From: an uncultured Planctomycetaceae bacterium
Lineage (GTDB): Bacteria > Planctomycetota > Planctomycetia > Isosphaerales > Isosphaeraceae
Assembly: GCA_963833985.1 (NCBI GenBank)
Contig: CAWIAD010000001.1
Span: 1,760,001-1,824,000, forward strand
DNA: 64,000 nucleotides
Direction of reading: 5' to 3'
Within the stretch, counting starts at the first letter, position 1. Each line of letters opens with the position of its first letter. Of the stretch, positions 40,499 to 51,600 are shown one piece after another. Below the pieces are notes generated by a model, which worked only from the letters and a program-made list of their open reading frames with translations, did not search any database and was not told the origin of the DNA. Position numbers and translations under genes: made by a program.

Positions 40499-42004
40499 CT
40501 TCTCCTGGTCCACTTGCCGGTTCATCTCGCGCATGTCCTGAGCGCTGATCTTTCCCGCGAGGCCGTTGAGGATCTCGCGCAGCACGGGAAGCTGCTCGAG
40601 CGTCGTCCCGTGCACGAGCGGCACGGCCTGGTAAGGCGGGAAATAAGGGCGATCGTCGTCCAGCGGGACGAGGTGGAAGGCCGCGATCCGGCCATCGGTG
40701 GAATCGCCGGCGGCCACGTCGATCGATCCCTGTGCCAGAGCCTGGTAGAGCAGGTTCCGGTCCATCTCGCGGGGAGAGACCGCGAACTTCAGACCGTACG
40801 CTCGAACCAGGCCGGGATAGCCATCGGGCCGGTTCATGAACTCGGGGCCGAAGCCGCTCCGCAATTCCCGCTGATGGGCCAGCAGGTCCGAGATCTTGCG
40901 GATGCCAAGACGCTCGGCCTCGTCTTGCCGCATCAGGATGGCGAAGGTGTTCTCGAACCCCAGGGGATCCAGGCAGACGACCTGGTCACGCTGCTGCAAC
41001 CGCGCACGCACGAGATCGAATACGAGCTGCGGGTCGCTCTGCACGGGTTCCTTGAGAATCGTTGTCAGCGCGGTGCCTGTGTACTCGACGTAGGCGTCCA
41101 GGCCGGCGAGCCGGAGTGCGTTGTAACAGACGAGCGTTCCGCCCAGGTTGAACCGGCGGTCGACGACAATCGAGGTCTGGTCCTCGACCAGATCGGCAAG
41201 CATGTGGCCGAGCAGGATCATCTCGCTGCCATCCTTGGAGCCGATCGTGATCGTGGTTGCGCGCGGGCCGAACCACGTTTCGGGAAGCATCCATCTCCAG
41301 CCCGCGGCCACGAGCAGCGCTCCGATGGCGAGGCCGGCGAGCCAGCCGCGCAGCTTCACTCCGCGCGGGCGCGTCGGATCGAGGCTCCGCTCCAGCGCGC
41401 CCAGCGACGCGTCGCAGCCAATCGCCAGCAAGGCCGAGGGGACGGACCCCAGGAGGATGAGCCTGGTATCCGCCAGCGACACGCCTCGAAAGATGTAAGT
41501 GCCCAGTCCGCGCGCCCCGATGGCGGCCGCAATGGTCGCCATGCCTACCGAAGCCACGGTCGCGACCCGCACGCCGCCCAGCAGGATGGGAGTGGCCAGC
41601 GGAAGCTCGACGAGCCTGAGCCTTTGCCAGCCGGTCATGCCGAGGGCCACGGACGCCTCGTGCACGCCCGGGTCGATGCTGCGCAGGCCGAGCACCGTGT
41701 TCTTGACGATTGGCAAGAGGGCGTAGAGCACCAGTGCCGCCAGCGCAGGGGCCTCTCCAATCTGGCCCCGGAAGGCGATCATGAGGAAGCCCAGCAGGGC
41801 GAGGCTGGGAATCGTTTGCAGCACGTTGGCGAGCCCGAGGATGCCCCGCTCCAGCAGCGGATGGCGCGTGGCCGCGATTCCTGCCGGGACGCCGATCAGG
41901 ACCGCCAGGGCGACCGCCTCCAGTACCAGGTTCAAGTGTGCCGCGGTGGCTCCCAGCAGGGGCCACCACTCCGACGCCAGCAAATCACGCCAGGAGAGGA
42001 ACAC
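40436..42004 (-). CDS. Osmoprotectant (glycine betaine/choline) ABC permease fused to substrate-binding domain
   Basis: LQTIPSLAL, EAA-like EASVALGMT, IGSK, YVEYTGT, GFENT, FPPY. Confidence 0.93.
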   Translation of the reverse strand: MFLSWRDLLASEWWPLLGATAAHLNLVLEAVALAVLIGVPAGIAATRHPLLERGILGLANVLQTIPSLALLGFLMIAFRGQIGEAPALAALVLYALLPIVKNTVLGLRSIDPGVHEASVALGMTGWQRLRLVELPLATPILLGGVRVATVASVGMATIAAAIGARGLGTYIFRGVSLADTRLILLGSVPSALLAIGCDASLGALERSLDPTRPRGVKLRGWLAGLAIGALLVAAGWRWMLPETWFGPRATTITIGSKDGSEMILLGHMLADLVEDQTSIVVDRRFNLGGTLVCYNALRLAGLDAYVEYTGTALTTILKEPVQSDPQLVFDLVRARLQQRDQVVCLDPLGFENTFAILMRQDEAERLGIRKISDLLAHQRELRSGFGPEFMNRPDGYPGLVRAYGLKFAVSPREMDRNLLYQALAQGSIDVAAGDSTDGRIAAFHLVPLDDDRPYFPPYQAVPLVHGTTLEQLPVLREILNGLAGKISAQDMREMNRQVDQEKKKPEDVARGFLRARGLLRRE

Positions 42005-42010
42005 GACTGA

Positions 42011-42772
42011 TCAGTCCTCCCGTGACAGCTCGACGGCCGCGGCGTCGCGGAAGAAATCCCGAACGTATGGATCGGCGGGGCTTTCCAGGAAATGGGCCGC
42101 CGGCCCTTGCTGGAGCAGCGCTCCGTCGTGCATGAGCGCCAGCCGGTCGCCCAGGCGGCAGGCCTCGCGGAGATCGTGGGTGACCAGGACCACCGTGGTG
42201 TGCAGTTGCCGCTGGAGCCTGCGAAACTCATCCTGTAGCTCGCGCCGGGTGATCGGGTCCAGGGCGCCGAAGGGCTCGTCCATCAGGATCAGGTCCGAGC
42301 TGGCCGCAAGGGCCCGCGCCACGCCCACGCGCTGCCTTTGCCCGCCACTGAGCTGACGGGGAAAGAGCGAGCCGAACCGCGCCGGGTCCAGACCCACCAG
42401 CTCCAGCCGCGAGACGGCGAGCGACTGCTGCTCCCGCTTCGGACGCCCCTGAACGCGCGCGGCCAGGGCGACGTTGTCCAGCACCGTGAGGTGCGGCATC
42501 AGCCCGCCCTCCTGGATCACGTAGCCGATCGAGCGCCGCAGGGCGATCGGGTTCCACTCCGTGGTGAGTCGATCGCGGATTCGAATCGCTCCCGAGGACG
42601 GATCGATCAGCCTGTTGAGCATCTTCAACAGGGTCGTCTTGCCCGAGCCGCTCGTACCCAGCAACGCCAGGATCTCTCCCTGGGCCACGCTCAGGCTCAC
42701 CCCGCGCACCGCCTGGTGGCCGCCGGCATACACCTTCGAGACCTGGTCCCAGACCACGGCGTACGCAGGCAC
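42011..42772 (-). CDS. Osmoprotectant ABC transporter ATP-binding subunit
   Basis: GTSGSGKT, LSGGQ, LMDEPFGALDP, H-loop VTHD. Confidence 0.95.
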   Translation of the reverse strand: MPAYAVVWDQVSKVYAGGHQAVRGVSLSVAQGEILALLGTSGSGKTTLLKMLNRLIDPSSGAIRIRDRLTTEWNPIALRRSIGYVIQEGGLMPHLTVLDNVALAARVQGRPKREQQSLAVSRLELVGLDPARFGSLFPRQLSGGQRQRVGVARALAASSDLILMDEPFGALDPITRRELQDEFRRLQRQLHTTVVLVTHDLREACRLGDRLALMHDGALLQQGPAAHFLESPADPYVRDFFRDAAAVELSRED

Positions 42773-42979
42773 GTGCAGTTTCCCCAGGGTGCGTTCCCGC
42801 CCAGGACGACCCCCGTCAGGCCAGTCTCGAAGGGCGAGAATCCATGCTGGCGAGTTGCCCCGCCAGGCACAAGCCGATTGTCGTCCGGGATCGGGTTCGG
42901 GATATAATTCCTGGGCCCATCGGCTGGTCCATGAATTCCCGCACCCTTCAAGGACTTCTCAAACGTGCCTGGTTCCCGA

Positions 42980-45368
42980 ATGGATCATCGAGTCGTTGCA
43001 GGGACGCTCGCACTCGTGCTGATGGCGGGCACATGCCCGAGGGCTCAGGAGCCAGCCGCCAGTGCCGAGCTGGAAGAGCATCTGGCGACGCTCAACAAGC
43101 AGGTGGAAGATACCTCGCTGGCAATCAGCCAGCGCGAGTCGCTGGTGCAAGAGATGGCCGGCACGCTCGATCGTGCGGCGCAGGCCGCCGACACCTCCCG
43201 GCAGCGCAGGGAACGCTGGAGCCAGGCCGTGGGCTTGCTGGACGGGTTCGAGAACCAGAACCCGGGCCATCCCCGGGCGCGTGAATTTGCGCTCCAGGCC
43301 GCGGTCTACCGCTGGGCCCAGGGGCAGACCTGGCGTGACGCCATCAGTCTGAACCCGGGCGACGGCCAGGCTGTGGACGAGGCGTCCCGGTCATTCGATG
43401 ACGCGATCGGCCGGCTCCATCGCATCGTGCTGGAGAATGCCGATAAGGCGCTGGTCGACAACGTCCGGTTTCGCCTGGCCCAGGCGCTGGCGGACCGGGC
43501 CGACCTGGAACCGGCCGGCGCCGACGCGCAGGTCGCGCGAGGCCGAAGCCCTGGCACTGCTGCAAGAGCCGCCGGCAGAAGCCGGCCTGCGCGGTTTCGC
43601 GGGTCTGCTCCAGGCCGATTTGCTGCGGCGCTCGGGGAAACTGTCCGAAGCGGCGGCCTCGCTTGACGCAGCAGCGCGCACCCAGCCTCCGCCTCCGGAG
43701 CCGGAGGTGCTCGGTGTGCGCGTGTCCCTGCTGATGGCCGAGAAGAAGTACCAGGAGGCCGAGGCCGCGATCGCGGCAGCACATCTTCCCCAGCCGGCCA
43801 GGGCGCTGAAACTGCTCGAGCTCAAGCTGGCCCAGCGTGCCGTCTTGCCCGCCGGTGCCGGGCGGTTCGCCGCGGAAGAAGAGATCTTCCGGCTGCTGAA
43901 AACGCTTGGACAGGGCAAGGGGAGCGAGGCGCGGCTGGGCATGCTGGCCGTCACCTCCGGCGCCTTCGAGCCCGCCCCCGGGCACGCCGCGGAAGCGTGG
44001 GCCCTGCTCGCCCAGGCGTATGAGCTGAAGGGCGATGCGGCTCGCGCGGCGGCCCTCAACCTGCGCGCCGCGACCCGGGCCGAGGAGCTTGGGCACTTCG
44101 AGCCGGCCGCGGGCTACCGGCTGCGGGCGGGCGGGCTGCTCTTCCAGGCGGGCAAGTTCGCCGACGCCGATGCGCTGCTGTCGCGCGTGTCCGACGATGC
44201 CCGTGCGGGGGCGCTCCGTGCCCGGGCCAGTATGCTGCGCGCCATGGCTCGCGGCCGGGCCCTGGCCGCCGGCAACCCTGGCGTCACGCCCGAGTCCTAC
44301 ACCCTGGCCCTGGAGCAGCAGATCCACGACTTTCCCAAAGATGCGACCACCGACGAGGCGCGCTGGCTGCTCGGTTCGCTCTGCTACGCCGCAGCCGAGA
44401 AAGACCGGGCGAAGGGGCTCTGGACGGCCATTGCACCCGGCTCCCCGCGCTGGGTGGATGCGCGCCTTGCCGTTGCCGAGCTGGACCGCGCGGCGGTCGA
44501 ATCGCAGCTCGTCAGCGGCGACAGGCACCGTATCGGCGAGGCTTACAACCGGGCCAGAACGTTCCTGACCGAAAGCGAGGCCGCGGCGCGCGGTGAACGC
44601 GCGCAGGCCGAGCTCTGGCTGGCCGAAACGCGCCTGGAACTGGTGCCCCTCGCGGGCAAGCCGCGGCAGGCATTGAACCTCCTCGAACGCCTCGGGCGGA
44701 TGGTCCTCACACCGCAAGAGCGCTACCGGTCTCGGCTCCTGCGGATGATCGCCCTGGTGCAGGTGGGCCCTCCGTACCTCGACGCCGAGCGCGAGGCCCA
44801 GACGCACGCGAGCTGGGCCGAACCCGCGGCGCGCGGTGCATTCCTCGACGCGGTCCGGCTCATCGACGCGTGCGCCAGCTATTCGGCCATCGATCTGCAC
44901 CAGCGCAGGCTGGGTCTCATCCAGCGGCTGCTGGTCCAGCCCGTGGCGCAGGTGGACGACGAGGACCGCTGGACCGCCCAGGAGCGGGCCGAGCTCAAGC
45001 TCCGTCTCGCCCGAGCCTACCTCTTCCTGGGCGACGAGCGCAACGCGCGGGAGGCGCTGCGGAACTGGACCGGAGTGGGGAGCTCGGCCTCCGACGACCT
45101 GCTCCGCGACCTGGCCGACACGTACAACCGCCTGGAAGCCTATGAACTGGCCATCGACGTGGAACGGCTTCGCTCCAGGAACCTGCACACCGGCTCCGTG
45201 GCCTGGTTCGAGGCGCGCTACGGGCTGGCCCTGGCGTACTTCCACGCCGAGCGCCTCAAGGACGCGGCCCAGCTCATCGACGCCACCGCCATCCTGCACC
45301 CGGACCTGGGCGGAGGCGAGCTCCAGAAGAAGTTCGTCAAGCTGCGGCAGCGGCTGGGGACGCGGTGA
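42980..45368 (+). CDS. Secreted TPR-like alpha-solenoid protein (frameshift ~43530)
   Basis: Signal peptide; Ala/Leu-rich helical repeats (RFRLAQAL, EARWLLG, KLRLARAY, EARYGLALAY). Confidence 0.7.
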
Positions 45369-45395
45369 CCGCGCTGGATTGAAGAACCGTGCCGC

Positions 45396-46334
45396 TCAGC
45401 GTGCAAAGACAACTTGCAGCACGCGGCCAATCTCGTCGATCGCCGCCTTGCCCTGGTCAAAGAAGGGGAAGCGGCGGATGAAGCCGTGTATCATTCCGTG
45501 GTACCGCCTGAGCGTGACGGGCACGCCAGCCGCCTCGAGCCGGCGCGCGTAGGCCTCGCCCTCGTCGCGCAGGACGTCGTACTCGGCCGTGATCACCAGG
45601 GCAGGGGGAAGCCCGCGGAAGTCGGCCGCCCGGAGCGGCGACGCCTGCGGATTGAGCCGCTGCCGGGGGTCGGCAACATAGTGGTCCCAGTACCAGGCCA
45701 TCTCGGCACGGGTCAGGAAGTAACCCTCGGCGAACTGGCGATACGACGGAGTGTCCAGGTCGCAATCGGTGATGGGGTAGAGCAGCACCTGGAAGTTCAC
45801 GCGCGGTCCGTCGCGCTCCTGGGCCATCAGGCAGGCGACGGCGGCAAGATTCCCCCCGGCGCTATCGCCGCCGACCGCGATCCGCGCCGGATCACCGCCG
45901 AAGCCGGCCGCATTGGCCGCAACCCAGCTCGTGGCGGCGTAAGCGTCCTCGGCCGCGGCCGGAAACGGGTGCTCCGGCGCCAGGCGATAATCGACGTCGA
46001 CAACGATCGCACCGCTGGCACTGGCCAGCGCCCGGCAGACGCCCTCGTGCGAGGCGATGTTCCCCAGCACCCAGCCCCCGCCATGGAAGTACACCAGCAC
46101 GGGACGCGCACCGGCCGGAGAGCCGTGCGGCGTGATGATGCGCACGCGGAAATCGCCGCCGGTTCCCGGCACCCGCAGATCCTGAACCCGTGCGACTCCC
46201 GGCAGCTCTCCGAGGAATGCCGTCGACATGTCCATCTGGGCGCGCAGCTGCTCGACTGACTGCGTGTGGAACGGCGGCAGCTTCGCTGCTTCCAGCCTGT
46301 TGAGGAAGTCCTGAGCCTGGGGATCCAGCGGCAT
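45396..46334 (-). CDS. HSL-family alpha/beta hydrolase (esterase)
   Basis: HGGGW, YRLAPEHPFP, GDSAGG, YDVLRDEG, HGF. Confidence 0.93.
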   Translation of the reverse strand: MPLDPQAQDFLNRLEAAKLPPFHTQSVEQLRAQMDMSTAFLGELPGVARVQDLRVPGTGGDFRVRIITPHGSPAGARPVLVYFHGGGWVLGNIASHEGVCRALASASGAIVVDVDYRLAPEHPFPAAAEDAYAATSWVAANAAGFGGDPARIAVGGDSAGGNLAAVACLMAQERDGPRVNFQVLLYPITDCDLDTPSYRQFAEGYFLTRAEMAWYWDHYVADPRQRLNPQASPLRAADFRGLPPALVITAEYDVLRDEGEAYARRLEAAGVPVTLRRYHGMIHGFIRRFPFFDQGKAAIDEIGRVLQVVFAR

Positions 46335-46389
46335 GAGCGAGTCTCTCCGTGATGGGCCCGCGAGCAAGCTGCCGGCCCGGCTTGTGTCC

Positions 46390-48535
46390 TTACGGGGCGG
46401 CCTGGAGCACCAGCGCGTTCCTGTCATTCCCGTACGCCCGGAGGCACGACGCATAGGCGGCCTCGAGCTCGGATCGAGACACGTACGAACCGACGGCGCT
46501 GGTGGGGTTCTCGATGCGGAGCGGCAAGGGGGCCATGCGCACCGCCAGGTCGGGAAGGTCGTAATAAGCCAGGACGCCCGGGACGGCCTGATCGAGCTGG
46601 TTGCGGCTGATGCCACGCTCCACGACGTCGACGAAGGATATGAGCGAATGGCTGATCGTGACCTGCTTGATGAGCCCGTTTGCATCGAGGGCGGCAGCGT
46701 GCAGCACGGCCGGGCCCGCCGGGCCTGTTCCGGCGAGCTCGAAACCTGACGCCGAGGCAAGCTCCGGCTGTGCTCGCAAACTGTGGAGCAGGCAAAGCAG
46801 ATCGTAGACCCGCTGGCCCAGCAGGGGCCGGCCAATGTGCAGTGAGAGGAAGGCATCCCTGGGGTTGCCGCCGAGGGGGTTTGCCTGCGGCCTGGCCGCG
46901 ATCCTGGACGCCTCCGCACCCAGCCCGCGCAGCTCGGCCACCACCACGCGCCGGCCATTGCGCAAGCTGGCTGGCAGTGCCACCCGTGGACAGCTCGACG
47001 GCAAGGTCACACCCCACCTTGACGATGGCGGGCGCCCTGCTTTCGTGCGCATCCGGCAAGAGCAAGACGCCCGCGACAACCGCCCCTGGCTCCGGCTCGA
47101 GCTCGAAGTGGCGGATGCGATAACCGGGCCCGGCCTGCTCGCCCACGGTACGCAAGGGCCGCGCGCTGGCTCTCGCGACGGCCAGCCCAGCAGTTGTTTG
47201 ATCCGTGCGCGAAAGGCGGCCGGATCCTTGCCGGAGAGGAACGCGGCGCACTGCGGAGCCAGCTCCCGGGCGCGGCGGGCGTTCAGGTCGAACACCGAGA
47301 CGCCCGGCTCGTCAGCCAGCACCTGGCCGGTCCGGGTGCACTGGAGACTCCGAATCGGGGGCGATCGGCAGGTCGGGCTCGGTGATGGCGTCATCCTTTC
47401 CGAGCAGCCAGCGCCTCAGCCAGCGCACCGCGGCGACCCGGCGCGGCGCGGTGAACCCGTGCGGCTCGTCCGATTCGAACAGGTCAACCCGCTCGCCGAA
47501 GCCGAGCCGGCCGTACAGCAGCTTGACCTCGCGAAAGGTGTCCCAGCTTCCCTGGATGTCGAAGAAATCACGCGTGCCCACGCACAGCAGGGTCGGCCTC
47601 GGCGCGCGCATGGCGATGTAGTCGGCATGGTCCATTCCCGCGGCCACCTGTCCGGTGATGTTCTGCTCGGCGTCCTGCGGGCCGATGGTCGCGAACAGCC
47701 GCTCCAGCGAGGTGATGTAGCACGACGGCGCCGCCACGCGGATGCGGTCATCCAGCGCCATCAGGTAGGCGGTCATCGTGCCCCCGCCCGAGTTGCCCGT
47801 GCAGCCCAGCCGATCCGGGTCGATCTCGGGCCGGCTCGCCAGGTAATCGAGCGCGCGCATGCCGTCCCAGATCCGGTAACTGGCCGCCTGGCGGCCCACC
47901 AGGAGCGCCCCGATGCCCGCCAGGGTGTGCTCGCTGGTTGATCCCTCCCGGATCGCCGGCTTCCCTTCCGCATCCAGCTTCTGAATGCGTTCGCCCTGGC
48001 CGATGGGATCGTAGCAGAAGGCCGCCATGCCGTTCCGGGCCAGCAAGATGCAGATGCGCTGATAGGTGGCATCTGCCTTGCCGTTGGCGGAATGGCCGCA
48101 GGGCACCAGCACGCCCGGGAATGGCGGCATGCCCGCCGGCAGGTAGAGCAAGGACGGCACGCGATGACCGGGCCGGCTCTCGAAGCTGACCCGCTCCACG
48201 ATGTGGTCGGCAGACCGGCGCACGCCGATGGTCCGTGCGTTCAACGGCGTGCGCTCGGGAAGGTCGCCCAGGGATCGCAGGAAGAACGCCCTCAGCCGCT
48301 CTTGCCTGCGCACGATCTGCTCGGGCGAGGTGGCCGCGGCCACCTCCTTGCGGCGCAGGGCGAATTGCTCGGCGGCCTGCTTCTTGAGAAACTCCGCGAG
48401 CCGGTCCGGCGCGGCTGCCGCGGGTTGGCCCTGCTCGGCCGGAACCTGCCGCGGCCGGTCAGACCGGGCCTGCGGAGCGTCGGCCCCAGGAACGGGCGGT
48501 GCCAGCAGCCAGAGCCCGGCGCCAAGGAGGCTCAT
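46390..48535 (-). CDS. Secreted double alpha/beta-hydrolase, paralogue of 17666-19645 (frameshifts ~47350, ~47160, ~46970; start uncertain)
   Basis: FESRPG, CGHS, RALDYLASRPEIDPDRLGCTGNSGGG; C-terminal GRPLLGQRVYD, PGVLAYYDLPDL in other frames. Confidence 0.8.
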
Positions 48536-48689
48536 CAGCACCAATGGATGCTTCCGGCTGCCTCCGCGCCGCGCTCTCAGGTCCTGTGCGGTTTCCAATA
48601 CGACTCCTCCCCGGGCAAGGCCAAGATCCACAGGGTATCCCGCGGATGGCTTTGCCGGTAGAGCAATCAGCGACCCCCCGGGCGACTCC

Positions 48690-51600
48690 TCATCGATGAA
48701 ACCTGAACATAATTGGTACGCATTGCCAGTGCGCTGAATGCCGGTCCCCGCGGATGCGGGCTGGCGGACTGAAGCCGCCGGGTCGCGCCGTGTCCGGGTC
48801 GGTCGGCGATCTTTGAGCTCGTCTTGCCGGATCCCACGAGGACGGGACGCTTGAACCGAGACAGCCGGCCCGGCGCGGCTGCGGGCGGGTCGCCTCCGGT
48901 GCCGGGGCTGGTGGACGTGGAAAAGATCGGGCTGCCCCGCGCGGGATGGCGGGCACCCAGATACCGCTGTGGATCGGCGCCACGGGCGGACCGCCGTTGC
49001 CGCCATTGCCGGCGTTCGCGGTACCGACAATGGTCTGCGGGGCGAAGACCTTGTTGTGCACCCCTTGCAGCTCGGCCACGAAGTCCCCGCCGTTGATCCC
49101 ATTGCCGGATGGGAATGCGCCGTAAAACTCGCCGTCCAGGTGGTTGCCGGCCAGGTCCTGCACCGAGGCGTTGCCGCTGCTCGAATCGCGGATCGTGAAC
49201 AGGTAATACCCGCCGCGCAGCATCGCCCCGCTGTTGAACGTCACGGCCACGTCGTAGGCGTTGGGAATGGTGGGATCGGGGGTGTCGGTGATCGTGGTCG
49301 CGACCCATTTGCCCGGATAGGCCTTGTTGGCGTGCACCTTGGTCAACTGGTAATTGGCCGAATCGAGGATGCCGGGCAGCCAGACGCCCGAGGGAGTGGC
49401 ACCAGGGTCCTTGATGATGTAATCCACCTGCCCGTTCAGCCGGTTGAAGAACATCCCGGCGATGACGGGCCCATGCGTGTCCACCAGGAGGTTCGCCGTA
49501 ATCACGGCCGGAGCCGCGGTGTGGGTCACTCCGAACTGGTCGACCGCGGTGGCGGTGATCTGGTAACGGCCGTCCGCAAGTACCACGCCGGATGTGATCT
49601 TCCAGGCGCCGTCGCCTCCGGCCTGCACCTGGCCGATGACCATTGGGCTGCCGCCGGGCAGGGACGTGGCGAACAGGGTCACGTGCGAGAGTGGCTCGGA
49701 GGTGCCAGAGAAGTCGGGCTGGGTGACGTCCGTCGTGTCCAGCGTGCCGGTGGCCAGGCCGCTGTCGGCACTGGGATCGAGGGTCCCGCCCAGCGCGATC
49801 GGGTTGTCGGCGACGGTCGCCGTGTTGGTCAGGGTCAGCTTCGCTCCTTCGGTGTCCACGACGAAGACCTCGATGGCGTACGAGCCCGCGCCGCCGTTCA
49901 CGCCGGAATCGGCATAGGTGTGCGAGCCGCTCACGAGGAACGCGGTGCCGACGCCGCCCGGCTGGGTGATCGTGCCGGCCGAGAGCGGCGTGCCGTCACC
50001 CCAGTAGATCGACGCGACGAAGTCGCTCTGAGGGGCCGTGGGGTTGCTGTTGGCAAAGGACGCCACGGTCCCGTGGAACAGAGGGGGTGCGTACACGGGA
50101 ACGGGAAACAGAGCGGCCTCGACGGTGCTCACCACCGGCTGCACCGGCGCGGCTGCCAGCGCTGCGTCCGCGATGAAGGCCGTGCCGGAGAACACCGTCT
50201 CGGCTCCGCCCGCATCCCTCGCGATGACCGTGTAAGCGTACTTTCCTGCCTCGGCATACGTGTGCGCCGCACGCACGCTGAACACCACCCCGGCGGGCGA
50301 GCCGCTCGCGGACAGGTTTGCGGCCGTGAGGGCCTCTGGAGGCGTTCCGTCACCCCAGTTCACGGCAATCGAAGCAGGGGAGGTGGTGAAGTCGGCGAGG
50401 GTGGCGCCCGGGTTGGCATCGGTGAAGGTGCCCAGCAGGACGGCTCCCGTGGAGCTGCCCTCGATGCCGGTGATCGCCGTTCCGTTGGAGCTGGAAAGCG
50501 GGGCGTCGAGCACGGTGGCCAGTGCCGCGCCGGGTGAGCCGGCCGCCGGGGTGGTCGTCGTCGCGCCGGGGTTGTCGACGATCTGCACCGGTACACCGCC
50601 AGCGGGCGTGAAGCTGCGCGTGCTCCCCAGGTCGGTGATGACCACGCTGATCGGGTAGGGCGGGTTCGCCGCGGTCTCCTCGGCGTAGGTGTGGCTGCCG
50701 AAGACCTGGAAGATCACCTGGCCACTCGCGTCGGGCCCCGTCTGTACGATCGTGCCGGCCGAAGGGGCGGTGCCGTCTCCCCAGTCGATGGTGGCGACGA
50801 AATTCGAGGCACTTCCCAGCACCGGGGGCGGTACGCCGTCACTGAACTGGAATGTGCCCACCAGAGCGCTGGAGAATGGCAATCCCTCCACTGCGCTGGT
50901 GATCGCCGCACCCGTGCTGGTCAAGCTGTCCAGGGCATGAATCACGCTCACCTGCTGGATGCCGGTGTAGCCAACCGGTACCGGAGTGGCGACGGGAATG
51001 TTCACCTGCGCCGCGGTGATCATGGAAGACTGCACGACCTGGTTCTTCGCGTCGACCACAAGCGTGTTGCTGCCGGCCTGGCCATCGACGCTGATCGCGG
51101 TCAGGCCGGTCGGAGTCGTGCTGTTGTTGATGGCGAAGGTGTCGTCGCCGTTGCCTCCCTGGAGCGTGAGCGTGGTCTTGTGTGAGAACTCGAGCGACTC
51201 GAAGTTATCCACCGTCACCATGCCCGTGCTGTCGCCGTTGTAAGGGGCCGACGAATTGCCGCTGTTGGGGCCGGCCTCGTAGTTGATGGTGTTGTTCGAG
51301 GCACTGCCGACAACGGTGAGTGGCGCGGGGACGTTGTCGTAGACGGGAGCGAGGTTCTGGAAGTTGATTGTCTGGGTGCCACCCGGCCCGGTGATGACGT
51401 CGCTTCCCTGCCCGGGGTTGGCGAAGACCGAGTACGTGTCGCTGGTTTCGGCCGTCCCTCCCGTCTGGAGAAGCTGAAGGCTGTTGCTGCCGGTCCCGCC
51501 GTCATACTGGATGCCGCCCGAGAGGCCAAGCAGGCTCTGGCTGTCATCCACCGTCATCAGATCGTTGCCAGCGCCGCTGTTGAAGGTGAACTGGTTGATG